Positions 36,301 to 51,300 of a stretch of 64,000 nucleotides of DNA are shown here, piece after piece. The notes under the pieces were generated by a model that searched no databases, had not been told where the DNA came from, and saw nothing but the letters and a program-made list of their open reading frames with translations. The stretch comes from Phoronis australis (taxonomy: Eukaryota > Animalia > Phoronida): positions 85,124 through 149,123 of the forward strand of contig NMRA01000295.1 of the NCBI GenBank assembly GCA_002633005.1, written 5' to 3'. Position 1 is the first letter of the stretch. Every line of letters begins with the position of its first letter. The translations under genes were made by a program, and so were the position numbers.

Positions 36301-39300
36301 TACATTGCAATCACTGTTATGCGGGCTTCTCACATTTTCTCAATAAATAAGTCAAAAATGACTTTGGGTTCTCTTCTGTGGTTTTGAAAATAGAGGTTGT
36401 ATCTTTTAAGGAAGCTTTCATGCATTATTGATTCATAGTCGTTTAAGGAAGTGGTTATAGCCGAGTTGACAGGTCACTTCTTTAAAAACTAAATCAAAAT
36501 TTGATTGTATCGGTGATGCTTTCGAAGTTAATAAAGATTAAATTTGGTCTCAGAATGATTTGGATGTATGCATTCTGTTTTTAGCAGGTTTAAATGTGAG
36601 TTGGGTACTGTCCAAGAGCAAATTGGACTGTTTTAGCCTAACTGATCCTTGTGATAAGAAAGTTTGTTTCAATGGTCTCACATTTCTGCGAGGAGTTTGT
36701 AAGATCAAACTCGTGATGCGTGTTCCTCCTCTTGTCACTACAGGTCTTCCTTGAATATGCTGAACAAGCAGAGGGATGGATTACAGGCAAGGAAGTATTC
36801 CTGACTAATGAAGACCTTGGTGTAGGTTCATGTACACTTGACAATGAGTGGCAATGAATATAGTTATTAAGTTTTAGTTACAACTGCTTCTGGTGATATT
36901 CATCATTCAGTTTGTCTTGACCTCTTTATTTCATTGTGTCACACCCTCTCGCTATGATTTGAAGTGTAGCGCCCTCTAGCTATGATTTGAAGTGTGACAG
37001 AAAAGTAACAAGACTCAGTAATGCTTTCATTGTTATCAAATGTTGCTATTTTATAGAATGATATTACCAAACAAGGTTTTGTCACTGTTATTGAAGTTTT
37101 GTATTGATTGAAACAGTTATAGTCTTGGATTTGTCAATTTTCCAAAAGATTGTCACCTGACCTTGTAGTCTACATTCATTACGGCGTTTTCCTGTTGCTC
37201 CCAACTTCTTCGATTCTATAGCCCAATAACAAGTTGGGAAGTTTATCTAGTATCCACCCTGACTGGGCTGTGCTGTTAAAAATAAAAGTTAAGTTATAAC
37301 ATATTTGAACATAAACCAAATAAACATTTCTGAAATCTTCGTCAAACGATGATCATGTTTAGTTTTTGAATCGCCAAAATTGCCCAACTGCAACTGAAGT
37401 TACGACAATCTATTCTTTCCGAATACACCAATTCACTCTGAGTTTGACTGTGTTCACAGGTGGTCTGTAATAAGCCTGGTAGATAATTGGCCTGCTTGTT
37501 GTCATAACAGACAAAAGAGTGTGCTTGGCAGTTAACAAAGAAGCTAGATGTTATCACATGCTCAGAACCCCCTACGTCTGGTAAACTCATTGAACGGGAA
37601 AACGCTGTCATGTTATGCAAATATTTGTGCCTGTCTCAACAAGTTCCAACTGTACATTTTTGTGGCAAAGTAGCGTTATTTCTGCAGTTAGTTGCTTTAA
37701 TTTGTAATGGTTTTAAGAGGTTGTTGAAACAGGTATTTGGACACAAAGCATCTTGCTTTCAGGAAACCCTGTCATCAGTGGAAGAGTTAATGCGTAAACA
37801 CGACTCCTTTGAAAAGACTCTTCAAGCTCAGGAAGAGAAAATTGTCAGCCTGGAGGGGTTCGCTGATGACCTGTGTGCCAAAGGTCACTATGCAACGTCT
37901 GACATTCGGAGACGGCTGAGAGCAGTGTTGGACCACAGAGATGGTTTGAAGAAACTGACCACTGACCGTCGGATAAAACTGGAAGAGTCTAAGAAGTTTC
38001 AAGAGTTTCTTAGAAATATTTATGAGGTGAATTTTAATATAGATGTCTGAGTCTTGATTTCACATGCTGTCTGACTGCAGAACAGACCCATATCCCAGAA
38101 ATCCTCAGTCAGTGTAATGGGTTATACTAGTTTAGTTCTTATACTTTAATGGGTTACCAAACCCAGTTTTGGCCTATTAACAGCTATTTATATCAACTTT
38201 CGCGTTTCGTTCTCCGAAGCAAAATAATGCTTTGTAGTCCTCAACAACCTTTAAATGTTTGAAGCAAAATCTGGAAGTCCTAACAAAGTGTACTAAATGT
38301 GCATGCGTGACCTACACTTTAGGCGAGTATAAGGTCAACTGTAGGTTAAGAGCACATATTGTACACTCAAGTGGTATGCCAAGGATGCATTAGCAGGTGA
38401 CAGAATGAGGATTGACCAAAACAGGATTTAGCATCCGTTTTAATATGGAGAATGACAAAAGTGAAATTCAAATTATTTCCACTTCCATTTTAATACCTCT
38501 TAGTTGTTTGTGGTAAAAGTGTTGTACACGGTCACAACAGAGGTTGTGTTTACCAACTCTCACACACACTCACACACGCACACACCACACGCACACACCA
38601 CACACGCTCACACACACACTCACACACACACACTCGCACACAACACACTTGCACAACCATTCACACACGCACATATTTTGACTTGTATATCTGTGACCTG
38701 TCTTTCTGTAAGATTTACTCTGACTTGTCTTTAGTTAACGGGGTGGATAAATGAAAAGATACAACTGGCCAAGGATGACAGTTATATGGACTTGACCAAT
38801 TTGAAGGGCAAAGTTCAGAAACATGTGGCGTTTCAGGCGGAAGTGTCGTCCAACATGAACAGGGTTGAAACACTTAAACAGGTGACTGTATGAAGTGAAA
38901 CAATGTTCAATCAATTGATTATGTTTATAATTTGTATTCTGTGTACACTTTGATGTTGTTTTGTTTAATTACATCATTATGTATAATTATTGTAAACTTA
39001 AAGGCAAAAAGTCTTCTACTTCATTCCAAAATGGTAATTGTTGCTTTTTGAAGCAAATGATTGTGGAAGTTTTTGCTTGTTTGAAGATGCGTACTTGCTC
39101 CTGAAGATATCAACCTTCATTTAGTCTCAAACTATTCACAGTCTCAATTGTGTAAATAGTTTATAATCAAATAAGCTCACATGCAACTTAATGCCTGACA
39201 ACAGGGCTTTACTGTAATGAAAAAGTATTGCGCATAGAAAGCGGGGCACCTTGTCCTAAATATTATTTTGAATAAACTGTAAAAAGAAAAAAATATGAGG

Positions 39301-42300
39301 AGAGGTGGCACAGTGTGTTTCATTGTAAAGTGCTTGATGTCTCTTAAACACACAAATTATTACACTGTTATTGCAGGAGGGTGATGGCCTGTTAGCTGCG
39401 TGTCACTACAGAGAACAAGATATTAGCTCACTGCAGAGTGAATTGGACCTTTGTTGGCAGTCACTGATGATGGCAAGTGATGAGAAGACACAACACCTGG
39501 AGGAGGCAAATCAGGTAGAGGGATCGTGTGTGCCAGGAGCTCCGTGTGAGGGACAGTGCGTGCGAGGGGCAGCTCATGCAACAGCTGTGCACGGAAGGGA
39601 CACTGTCTTCGACTGCTTGTTGTTTGGTTTTACTGATGCAAAAAAAACCTTCATTACAAAAAATATTTTGCTTTCCAAAATTGCTTTGCGTCTTGATGAA
39701 TTCAGCTTGAACGCAACTTACCCTGAACTACGGATTAAACAGGATTAAGTCTTCAGTACATGCTTATTACATATTTATGTAATTTTTAGGTTACAAAACT
39801 TATTGAAATTAGTCAATGGGAACACCTGTGTATCTTGTGGTGCTGGTAAAACCTTAGTCTTCAAAAAATTGTGATTTTGATTTGTCATGCATGGTTATGG
39901 AACTCATTATTCACAAAAACTTATGGTAAGGACAAGTCACTGATATAGTGGTGCTTACTGTAGTTGTTTGGCATGCCATGCTATCTCTACTTGATTTACA
40001 TTTAGGCATTGTTGTTCACTCGAACTGTTGAAGATTTGGAGTCTTGGATGAATAGTGTGGAGTTACAGTTGTCTTCAGATGACTACGGCAAGAACTTGAC
40101 CAGTAGTGGACAACTGTTAAAGAAACACCAGGTATGACAAGAGGACCAGTTGTTGACCATGTCCACCATTTTGTCAGTGTGAAGGTTCATTGCTTCTTGG
40201 CAACATATCCTTTTGCCTCGAGCAAATTATTATGCTTTGTCATCATTGGCGCTCTTGAGAAAAAGTTAAATATTAAAATATGACATCTTTATATGACCTG
40301 AATACGAGATTTATGTCCTGGACAAAATTGAGGAGATCTTTTTGTTTTCAACTGGTGTTCAAATACATCTTGATTTAGCTATGGTATGACATTGTTTTTG
40401 AAATATCTCGAGACTGAATTGTTGTGTAACTTTCAAAATATGCATTTGTCTGATTTCTTACAAAATTTTCATAACTTTGACAAAAGTCGATGCTTTTAAT
40501 CAGACAGAAGGAACTACATTTGTAATGAAAAACAGCAATATAATCTACTGGTATTGTAGTTATGTTCACTTTTTCTTGGTGTAGTTAATAGAAGAGGAAA
40601 TTCACAACCATAAAGAGAAGTTTGATGAACTTGAGCAGACCTGTACTGCATTGAAGCAAGGCAGACACTTCATGTCTGATGAGCTGAGCACCCAGTGTAA
40701 ACATACAGTCAACAGGTAAAAAGACTGAGGCCTGTTTTGCATTACTAGAGCTACAACTTTGCTTGTGCAGTGCCACCTAGTGGGATGTGTCTCTGCTTCC
40801 TTTACTCAAGGTCGTGGGTTCAAGTCCTACCAGACTGCCTGCAATTATTTTAGTTATTAAAATTTTCTGGAAAAAGCTCTAAATCTTGTTCAATAGAAAG
40901 ATGAGATTTTGCGCCTGAAAATTGGGCAGAAATCATACTCGTCTGCAAAACGAGAAGACGAATGTGTCAAAGAGTCACCATCTCAAATATTTCAAAAAAT
41001 TGATAAAACACTTGCAAGGTTGTCATGCCAACAGAAAATTAGAGTTTGGAGGTGAATGACCTTCACACTTTCTCATAATCCAACAGTGAATTAAGAGTTT
41101 GGAGGTGAATAACCTTCACAGTTTGTCTTCTTTCTTGGTACATACTACAAATAACCAAACCATATTGGGGTGAACACAGAAAGCATTATCACCGTCGTCT
41201 TAGACATGACTGACTTTCTAAATGTATCTCTCTGCATTTTCATCAGAAACAACTGTGGTGACTGCATTATCTCCAACAATGTTTCCAGGTACAAAAATCT
41301 GTCTGAGCCCTGCCGTATTCGAGGGGACAATCTCAACCAGTCTCAAGCCCTTCATCAATTTTTCCGGGATGTTGAAGATGAGTTGTCATGGATACAAGAG
41401 AAGTTACCTGTAGTGAACTCGAAAGATGTTGGAAACAGTTTGACTGATGTACAGAATTTAATGAAAAAACACCAGGTAACCTTTGTTTACTGTAGATTCT
41501 TAAACTAGTTTAGCAGTTTTGATGATTTCTATCTCAAACTTGTATGTTTGTCTATCCTCCACAGAGCAGCAATGGAGCATATCACCCATAAACTGTAGAT
41601 AATGTCACTTGTTTTGAGCACTTGACTTGAAACAAATTTTATCCCTCATATGAGTTTCTCTTCTGTAACTATGGAATATTGAAGCCATATAGCCTGCTAG
41701 CACCATCATTTTGTACAAACCCTTTAGTGGTTGCACTGTTTAACAAATGTTAATGTGTCAGCTGTGCATGGCAGGAAGTTGGCACAGTATCTGACAGTTT
41801 ATATAGAGAGTCTTATCATTGGATTTAGTGTTGTGGCCAGTATATGACAGTTTAATAATAGAGAGTCTTATCATTGGATTTAGTGGTGTGGCCAGTATAT
41901 GACAGTTTATATAGAGAGTCTTATCATTGGATTTAGTGGTGTGGCCAGTATATGACAGTTTAATAATAGAGNNNNNNNNNNNNNNNNNNNNNNNNNNNNN
42001 NNNNNNNNNNNNNNNNNNNNNNNNNNNNNNNNNNNNNNNNNNNNNNNNNNNNNNNNNNNNNNNNNNNNNNNNNNNNNNNNNNNNNNNNNNNNNNNNNNNN
42101 NNNNNNNNNNNNNNNNNNNNNNNNNNNNNNNNNNNNNNNNNNNNNNNNNNNNNNNNNNNNNNNNNNNNNNNNNNNNNNNNNNNNNNNNNNNNNNNNNNNN
42201 NNNNNNNNNNNNNNNNNNNNNNNNNNNNNNNNNNNNNNNNNNNNNNNNNNNNNNNNNNNNNNNNNNNNNNNNNNNNNNNNNNNNNNNNNNNNNNNNNNNN

Positions 42301-45300
42301 NNNNNNNNNNNNNNNNNNNNNNNNNNNNNNNNNNNNNNNNNNNNNNNNNNNNNNNNNNNNNNNNNNNNNNNNNNNNNNNNNNNNNNNNNNNNNNNNNNNN
42401 NNNNNNNNNNNNNNNNNNNNNNNNNNNNNNNNNNNNNNNNNNNNNNNNNNNNNNNNNNNNNNNNNNNNNNNNNNNNNNNNNNNNNNNNNNNNNNNNNNNN
42501 NNNNNNNNNNNNNNNNNNNNNNNNNNNNNNNNNNNNNNNNNNNNNNNNNNNNNNNNNNNNNNNNNNNNNNNNNNNNNNNNNNNNNNNNNNNNNNNNNNNN
42601 NNNNNNNNNNNNNNNNNNNNNNNNNNNNNNNNNNNNNNNNNNNNNNNNNNNNNNNNNNNNNNNNNNNNNNNNNNNNNNNNNNNNNNNNNNNNNNNNNNNN
42701 NNNNNNNNNNNNNNNNNNNNNNNNNNNNNNNNNNNNNNNNNNNNNNNNNNNNNNNNNNNNNNNNNNNNNNNNNNNNNNNNNNNNNNNNNNNNNNNNNNNN
42801 NNNNNCAGTTTAATAATAGAGAGTCTTATCATTGGATTTAGTGTTGTGGCCAGTATATGACAGTTTAATAATAGAGAGTCTTATCATTGGATTTAGTGGT
42901 GTGGCCAGTATATGACAGTTTGTATTGAGAGTCCTATCATTGGATTTAGTGGTGTGGCCAGTATATGACAGTTTGTATTGAGAGTCCTACCATTGGATTT
43001 AGAGGTGTGGCCAGTATACGACAGTTTGTATTGAGAGTCCTACCATTGGATTTAGAGGTGTGGCCAGTATACGACAGTTTGTATTGAGAGTCCTACCGTT
43101 GGATTTAGAGGTGTGGCCAGAACAAGACAGTTTGTATTGAGAGTCCTATCATTGGATTTAGAGGTGTGGCCAGTATGTAACAGTTTGTATTGAGAGTCCT
43201 ACCATTGGATTTAGAGGTGTGGCCAGTATATGACAAGGCTAGCTGTTGAGTAGTTCTTATACCCTGGCGAGGACAGTGGATTTTTGATTAGTATGAGGAA
43301 ATTTGCTGTAATTTGTGAATTAGTTCTCTACAATGTTCTTTGCAGGCAATAGAATCTGAGGTGGTGGCACATGACCCATTAATAGAGGCAGTGACACAGA
43401 CTGCCAATGACATGATCAGTGCTGGTCATATCTCATCTGCCAGTATTAAGGAACAGCTGCATAAGCTCAATAAAGAGCTGAAGTGTCTGAAGGATGAATG
43501 TTGGAGACGAAAAGGAAGGCTCTCTGATGCTTTGGAATCACAGACTGTGAGTAGTAATAGAGGCATGATAGTAGATTGACGCTTACAAAATAATAGTTTG
43601 ACATACAGTGTAGCTTTGAAATAACAAAGGGGAAACTTGCCAGTCAGTAAGTGAATTTTAAGCTTAAGAAAAGTAAGGATAAATGTTATGAATGTGCTTA
43701 ACATTTTTTTTATTAAATTGACAAGTTGTTATTACATATTGGTAGAGGCTTGCACTTGGCTGCCATGGGAAAATGTTTACTATAAACTCAACTTGTCATG
43801 GCTGACTAAATGTTAAATTGGCAGTTAAGGAGCAAGTACCTGCCATGTTAACAACAAAACAAACACATCGTTCTTTCTCTTGTTTATCAGAGGCGCTTTC
43901 CCATGGTAGTCAAGAGACTGAGATGGGTTGGAGTAAGATCACGTTACTATGACTATCACATGACTGATCACATGACTTGCATGACCAGCAATTGTCACCC
44001 TCCACCAATCTATTCTGTAATCTCTTCCATTTCAACTTATCACTGTTGCACTTGCACATTTTTTGATAATTTGAAAGATTAAAGCTGCATTTCTCACAGT
44101 TTAGCTGAAAATAAGAAAAATAGAATTAGGTCATACAGACTCATAAAAGCAGACTCACAATGTAACTCATGAGACGATTCTATTTGCATTACCAGCAAGA
44201 ACATTGAAACCATCACCAAGTCTAGAAAATGTTTGTCGAGAGTTTATTGGAGTTGTCCATGGCACAGTGTTTGTGACTTGAGAGTTTATTGGGGTCGACC
44301 ATGGCACAGTGCTTGTTACTTGAGAGTTTATTGGGGTTGTCCATGGCAGTTGCTTGTGACTTGGGTTGGCAACGGAAGTAGAATATCCTATCATGGTAAG
44401 GAACTTTAAAAGACTGATTCCATGAGCGCAAAAGGCCTTATTCAATTTTCATTTTTAGCCAGCTAGGGCAAAATGTAGCTTTAACTGTTTTAACTCGCAT
44501 TGTTGGTACGATGAGTAGACACCTCTGAGATCCAGTTAGCTCTTTGTGATGTAATTGTGGTTACTTATTCAAATAAACTATTTTGTAAAGTAATTAGTGT
44601 TTGTGCTGTATGAAGTGATACCGCCACCTACAGTTCACATGTGATGTGCATGAAGATTCATTCCAGTGGGATCTTACTGGCTTTTATTCTTTTCAGTCTT
44701 CTTGTTCCTGTAACTTACTCTCACATGTTTGTGTTGTGCTATTTTTTTAAAAATGGAACATTCACATTACCTTCAAATTTCATTGCATCCCATAATATGT
44801 CATTGAGCATAATATTTAGTTTGACAGTATGGAAGTTGCTTGGAATGACTTCAATTGATTTCAGTGACGTGACAGTTCTTTATCGGCCATTTTTAGCCCT
44901 TTGAATTACATCGGCAGTGTCTCTTCAGTACTGTAGTCAATTGGCTTGACAGTTTGCACATGTATTGTATGTATTATATGCATTGTATGGTCTATGGACA
45001 TGGGAATTGGTTTTCAAATTAGTTGTTTTCTTTCTAACAATGGGGATACTGTCTGTCTATGATGCTTATTTGGGACATTTTAAAAAGTAAATTTGGTGGT
45101 TGTTATTTCTGGTGTTTGGAGAGAAAAAAATAGTAAACACGTTTCGCTGCATATTGACTGTAAAAATGGATTTTTTAGTTCAAACTTGAAGTCGACTTTA
45201 TTTTTTGGGACTTCTTGATCAAAGAAGAAAGTTTCACTTTTCAAATAAAGTGGCATTCACATGATTGCCAACAGTTTTGTGATGTTTTACTACAGGAGGT

Positions 45301-48300
45301 AGGGATGATTAAGAAACTCTACATTTAGAGGTTGAAAAGGGACGTTCAGTTCAAATGATATTTGATGCAATGTGAAAGGATTGCACAAATGTTGACCATT
45401 ATTTTAATGTGTCAGTAGTGGAAGTTCAGATTATTTGCACAAAAATCTTGTTTCGCATAATATCCATCATTTTAAAGTTGTTCCATGGTTTCCAACAAGA
45501 CATGGAATTGAATTAGAGGGACGCTATCAGTATGTGATTATTCAGTTGTTGGAATAGAAACTTATTGAATTAGAGGGACGTTATCAGTATGTGATTATTC
45601 AGTTGTTGGAATAGAAACTTATTGAAGTTGTTAGCTTTGACCAGAGATAAAAAACAGCAAAAAAATGTTTTTGTAGTTTTATTACAAATTACCAATTCTC
45701 ACAGTTGTCATCCAGAAACTTGCTGAAATCAATTCCGGTGTCTTTTGCATTTAAATATTCTGAGAATACTCTGTGCTATTTTAATGGATTCAACTCTGCA
45801 CTACTTCTAATTTCTGTAAAATTATTTTTCTCGCCGAGCATGCCTCTTTAAGTTAAAGTTATCCTCAAACTCTCAGGCCAAAGAGTTCAGTTTAAATGAG
45901 TGATGAAACAGGCTACTTATGGGACTTTTCATGAATTTTCATGAATTCTTAGCTGATCTCATGAATACTTAGCTCATCCAGTGAATACTCGGCTCATCTC
46001 ATGTGGGTTTTCATGATATCCAAGAGTTTATGAGAGTATCCATCACACATATTAACTAAGGTTTGGAAGACACCAGTGTACTGCTATGCTTTACGGAATT
46101 TTCCTCAGAAACGAGCCTGCATTTCTATTGATCATCACTAACACCATTACTAAGCATTTATTTAATTTTGCAATTCAAATAGTTGGTTCAGTATTCTTCT
46201 AGGTAGTGACAATTGAATTCTTCACTTTGAAACTGTTTCCTGTTTCCTTTGTGTTTGCTTAACTCTTTCTAGCATACCTGTACTATATTTTTATACAAAA
46301 CTAGATAAANTCTCATGTGGGTTTTCATGATATCCAAGAGTTTATGAGAGCATCCATCACACATATTAACTAAGGTTTGGAAGACACCAGTGTACTGCTA
46401 TGCTTTACGGAATTTTCCTCAGAAACGAGCCTGCGTTTCTATTGATCATCACTAACACCATTACTAAGCATTTATTTAATTTTGCAATTCAAATAGTTGG
46501 TTCAGTATTCTTCTAGGTAGTGACAATTGAATTCTTCACTTTGAAACTGTTTCCTGTTTCCTTTGTGTTTGCTTAACTCTTTCTAGCATACCTGTACTAT
46601 ATTTTTATACAAAACTAGATAAATATTCAAATTTCCATGATGATGTTTTGTAGTACTACAAGGATGTGTCTGAAGCACTCTCGTGGATTGAAGATAAAAT
46701 GCCTGTGTTACTGAGCACAGACTATGGCAAAGATGAAGAGACACTTATGGTATTGTACTGTTGCCTGAATTTGAATAAACTCTGTCATTCCCGCCATGGT
46801 CTGATAGTTGATGCTGTACTTTTGTCTGACTTGTAAAAAACGTCCTCTGACTGTCAGTACACTGTGATGTCAGTAGCTCGTGCAGCATATTGTGAACAAG
46901 TCATTTTACATATTATTCTTTTGCCAATTCTTAGTTGTCTTGTGCTATGAGTCATTCCAGTAGTTGACATTTGTCTGGATAATACTTGGTAAGGCCATTA
47001 CAACTAAATGAAAGACTAAATACCAAATTATATTTGCATTCCACTGTAAGCAGACAGGCATGCTTTTTGCACATTGAGACATTCATCGCCAATTTTTTTA
47101 GAACATTACTGCACTTAACAGGACCAATTAAATTTTGTAAGTCAATAGTACATATGATGCAAAACCTCATCATACATTGTGTGGGTTGTTTGTTTACAGG
47201 GTAACATTAAAAAGTTAGATTCATTGGAGCTGGATGTGGAAAACTTCCGAGGCACCGTTAATGACCTGTCTAGCATCAGTCGAGATTTGATTGCAAGGAA
47301 ACACTTTGAATATGTGTCCATTGAGCAAAGCCAGAAGCAATTGGAGAGTAAATATGAAGCTATGCTTGAGGCAGCAAGGATTAGGAGGCAAGGGTTGACT
47401 GACTGTAAGCAGGTGTTTGAATTCACAAAGGAGGCGGACTCTGTGATTGGTTGGATTAACACGTGTGAAGTGACTGCTGCTTCCGAGGATTATGGGAAGG
47501 ATGTTGAGCATGTAGAGGTACTAGTAACCATGCTGGCTGTGTTTTCAGAAATGTCGCTCAATAGCTGCCTCAATTTTCACGTGGCCATCGTTTTTGCAAA
47601 AATATTTAATTGACGCAGCAACCTCAGCTAATATTCACCCACATAAGAATACCTGTAGTTTGCCATTTGTTTGCATGTTGTCAAAACATTTTTTTGTTGA
47701 TTTCTTGAAATTGTTAAGTGACTGAAGATATAAGCAGTACTTCTTATTCTTACTTTGACAATGGCATTGGTATTTAAGTTTCAATTTCAGTGTAAACTGG
47801 TTAATTCTTTATGTTCTTGTGCTAGGTGTTAGAACAAAGGTTTGAAGATTTCCTGCATGACTTGTATACCAATGAGACCCGAATCATCAATGTCAACAGT
47901 ATGGCTGACAAACTGTGTACCCAAGGTCATGGTCATAGTGAGGTCATCAAGCACAAGTGTAATGAGGTCAACCAAATGTGGGTGGAGGTCAAGGAGATGG
48001 CAGAAGCACGACAAGAAGTGAGTGGTTGTAATCTGCTGAGCAGTCGCATGACCTGTCATGGGCAGTAAGATGTAAACATTTGGCAAAATTGGATTGCAGT
48101 TGCTTGGTGTTCATGTCTGTAAGACACTGAAAACAGACAAAAGAATTGATTATTCCGAGTTTATGTAACATTTCACGATTACATTCATTTTCTGGTATAT
48201 ACATTAGTGAAGCTGTAAAACCATTAAATGGTTCCACAGCAAACAATAATATATCACCTCACAGTCCAACTGATAAGAATCACACACTCACATCAAGGCA

Positions 48301-51300
48301 ACAGGTGTAGCTGATTCACCAACACAAAGCATAATATCCTTTAAACAATTAGATCAAGACAGTTACACAGTCTTCTGTGGCCATGGTGTGTAGTTAAATG
48401 TTGCGTCTGACTTTGTGTAATGTGAAAAGTTATGTGGTTTCACTTGTAATAGTTAAGTGAAACTGTTAAATTAAATGTTGATATCATAACCATATTTTTC
48501 ATATTTTTGTATGTGTACCAGTTTTCTTCGCTTTAATTTGTTTCACTGCTTTAAACTAGTTGATAATGTTGTGTTTCATAAATCTAAAATAATGTGCTGT
48601 CGAAGTGGTAGTGGTAATGGTTTTTTCGAATTGAAAACTAGTGATTGAAATTTAGAATTTCAAAAATTCATCATTATTCAGTTTTCAAACTTTACTCCAG
48701 TATGTTGGTAAGCCAGTCAGTTGTACAGTCATAAAGTACCACTGTATCTCCCTGGTTCTGTGACCCACTGTGTCACCCTAGTTCTGTGATATTAACTTTG
48801 TCTCCCTGGTTCTGTGATATCCAATGTGCCCTCTTGGTTCTGTGATATTCACTGTGTCTTTCTGGTTCTGTGATATTCACTGGGTCACCCTGGTTCTGTG
48901 ATATTCTGTGTGTGAGGTCCAGTACATGGTTTCACCTTGGTTTGTTTGTATTGAAGTGGAGAGACTTCACTTTACCATGTTACTATCTGTAGGCTTTAGC
49001 TGGTGCTAAGCAAGTGCATAGCTTTGATCGTGATGTTGATGAAACACTGGACTGGATACAGGAGAAGGAAGCTATTGTGCTACAAGAGGATTATGGGCAT
49101 GACATAGAGAGTGTACAAATATTGCTGCGACGTCATGAAGGCTTGGAGGTAGGACACTCACATTTCTCTTAACAAGTCTGTACTCCAAGTGTGCTATAAA
49201 AATGCAGACGGTGTTTGCCAAAATGGAAATTTTGTAAAATATTGAAAAAGTAATCCTCATTTTTAAGTAATATGCATTCAGTTATGCTTGCCAACAATCT
49301 ATGACAAATTTTTGCCATGTCGGTGTACGTTTAGTGGGAAAAATAACTCGTGAAAAATGAAAGCATGGTATGAGAGGTAACCACGTTGAGGCTGTGCTTG
49401 TTTTGATTTCCATTGCCCCTCCCGTTCACAGCGCGACCTGGTGGCAATCAGTGCTAAGGTGGAGACAATCACTTCAGAGGCCAATGAGCTTTTGGGAACG
49501 TTCCCTGATGCACAAGAACACATTGCTGCCAAGCATGATCTGATGGTGCAGTCATGGAACCATGTGCTGGACGTGACAGCAAGCAAGAAGGACAAATTGG
49601 AGCAGGCAGAACAGCTGCAGCTCTACTTTGATGATTACAGAGAACTGCTGTGAGTGCAACTAGTTGGCTTGTTGTGGAAGGCTCCCTTTTTGCTAACCCT
49701 TTTGTTTTTGTCTTTTCACTTTTCTTTGAAAATTGTTTTACCTGAAACTTTCTATTGCTAGGTATGAAGTTTTAAAAGCTTGTCATTAAATGCTGACAGA
49801 TTTGGAACAAATAGATTTACTTGTCATTTTAATTACCATCAGTTTGCTTCTTCACTTTCACGTTGTTTTTACTGTTGAGTAGTTTGTACTTTTTGTGGAG
49901 TGCATATTATTGTTTTTTGTGGAAAGGTGTTAAAAGGCTTTTTAAACGCAGGCAACATGAGAATTGTGTTTATCTGGGTACTGTGGCTAGCAACTACAGT
50001 TATTCAAATCTGTAGAGTTGGTGGTGACAGGAGCATCTGTTTAGAGTTGGTGGTGATAGGAACCTCTCTTTATGTTAGTTCTAAAGGAACGTTCACTAGT
50101 GTTCTTCAATTGTATTCACAGCGCCTGGTGCAATGAGATACTAGCTCGTATCACATCAGAAGAACTGGCTCGTGATGTGCCGGGGGCAGAGCTCTTGATC
50201 AATCGCCATTATGAACACCGAACAGAGATTGACACAAGGATGGACAGTTTCCAGAAGTTTACAGAGACGGGACAGACGTTAATTGACAACCAGCATTTTT
50301 TGTCTAATGAGGTGACAACTGTTGCACATTTTTTGTTAGTGCTGTCTCTTGTTCTTGTTTTGTCACAAATATTTCAGGAGACAGGATGAGGCGTATGGTG
50401 AAATTTAACTGAAATACACCAATATTTAGCTCTAATGGTTCATAACACTACATCGGCTAATTAACATATCAACAGACAGGACTGATGTCAGAAAGTTGAT
50501 AATGATGACAAAAGTGTTCAAGAGCACTTAAATGGGAGACTGGATATTGATAAGGTGGAGGTAGTGGAGAAGGAGCCTTTTATCTGAATATATTGAAGCC
50601 AAAGAATTGTTCACCAGTCTGAACTCACTTGTGGAAAAAGGCTCCCAGATGTCTAAATTTTGGCATGTATTCTACTTACCATATTATGATATTCTTTAAT
50701 TATCATACTATGAATTTATAAGTTTCTCAATAGCATGTTGTGAACTATTTTTCATGTTTCAGATTGATGAAAAAGTGGGCCATTTGAATGAATGTCTTGA
50801 AAATGTACTTAAAACATGGGATAAACGACGCTTGCTTTATGAACAAAGCCTTGATGTTTTGGTAAGAATGGTTTCCCTTGCAAGCAATGAAATACTTTCC
50901 ATTAATATTCAAAATAATCATCACATTTTCATTTCAAGGTTTTTTCCAAGTTTTCTTATTTCTCAACAAGGGTTGTTTTTCTAGTGGCTATTTTAAATTT
51001 ATTGTGATTTGTTCATAAGATAATCAGTTCAAAATACCTTAGAATACAATACTGATTAGGGGTTCAGTTTTATCAAAATTACACATTGTGTAACTTAAAA
51101 AAATCCTCATCGTGCATTGCATTGATATTGTTGGCCATTTTTTTTTGATGCCGTGCAGTAGGCAATCTTATTCACTCACTTATTAGTTGGCTAAAATCTC
51201 ATCAGTTTTGGACAAAAATTGAAATTTTTTAAAGGTTTCTAACATTTCAACCTATTGTCCGTTGCTATCTATGCTACAGAACGTGAACACAGAAATACTT

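Noticed and set aside
41972-42805. Hidden exon in the gap
   Set aside because: Exons 32 and 33 join in frame with the same boundary as exons 5 and 6, and the gap is flanked by the same minisatellite on both sides.
41927-42841. 300-aa ORFs on both strands
   Set aside because: Artefacts of translating the N gap.
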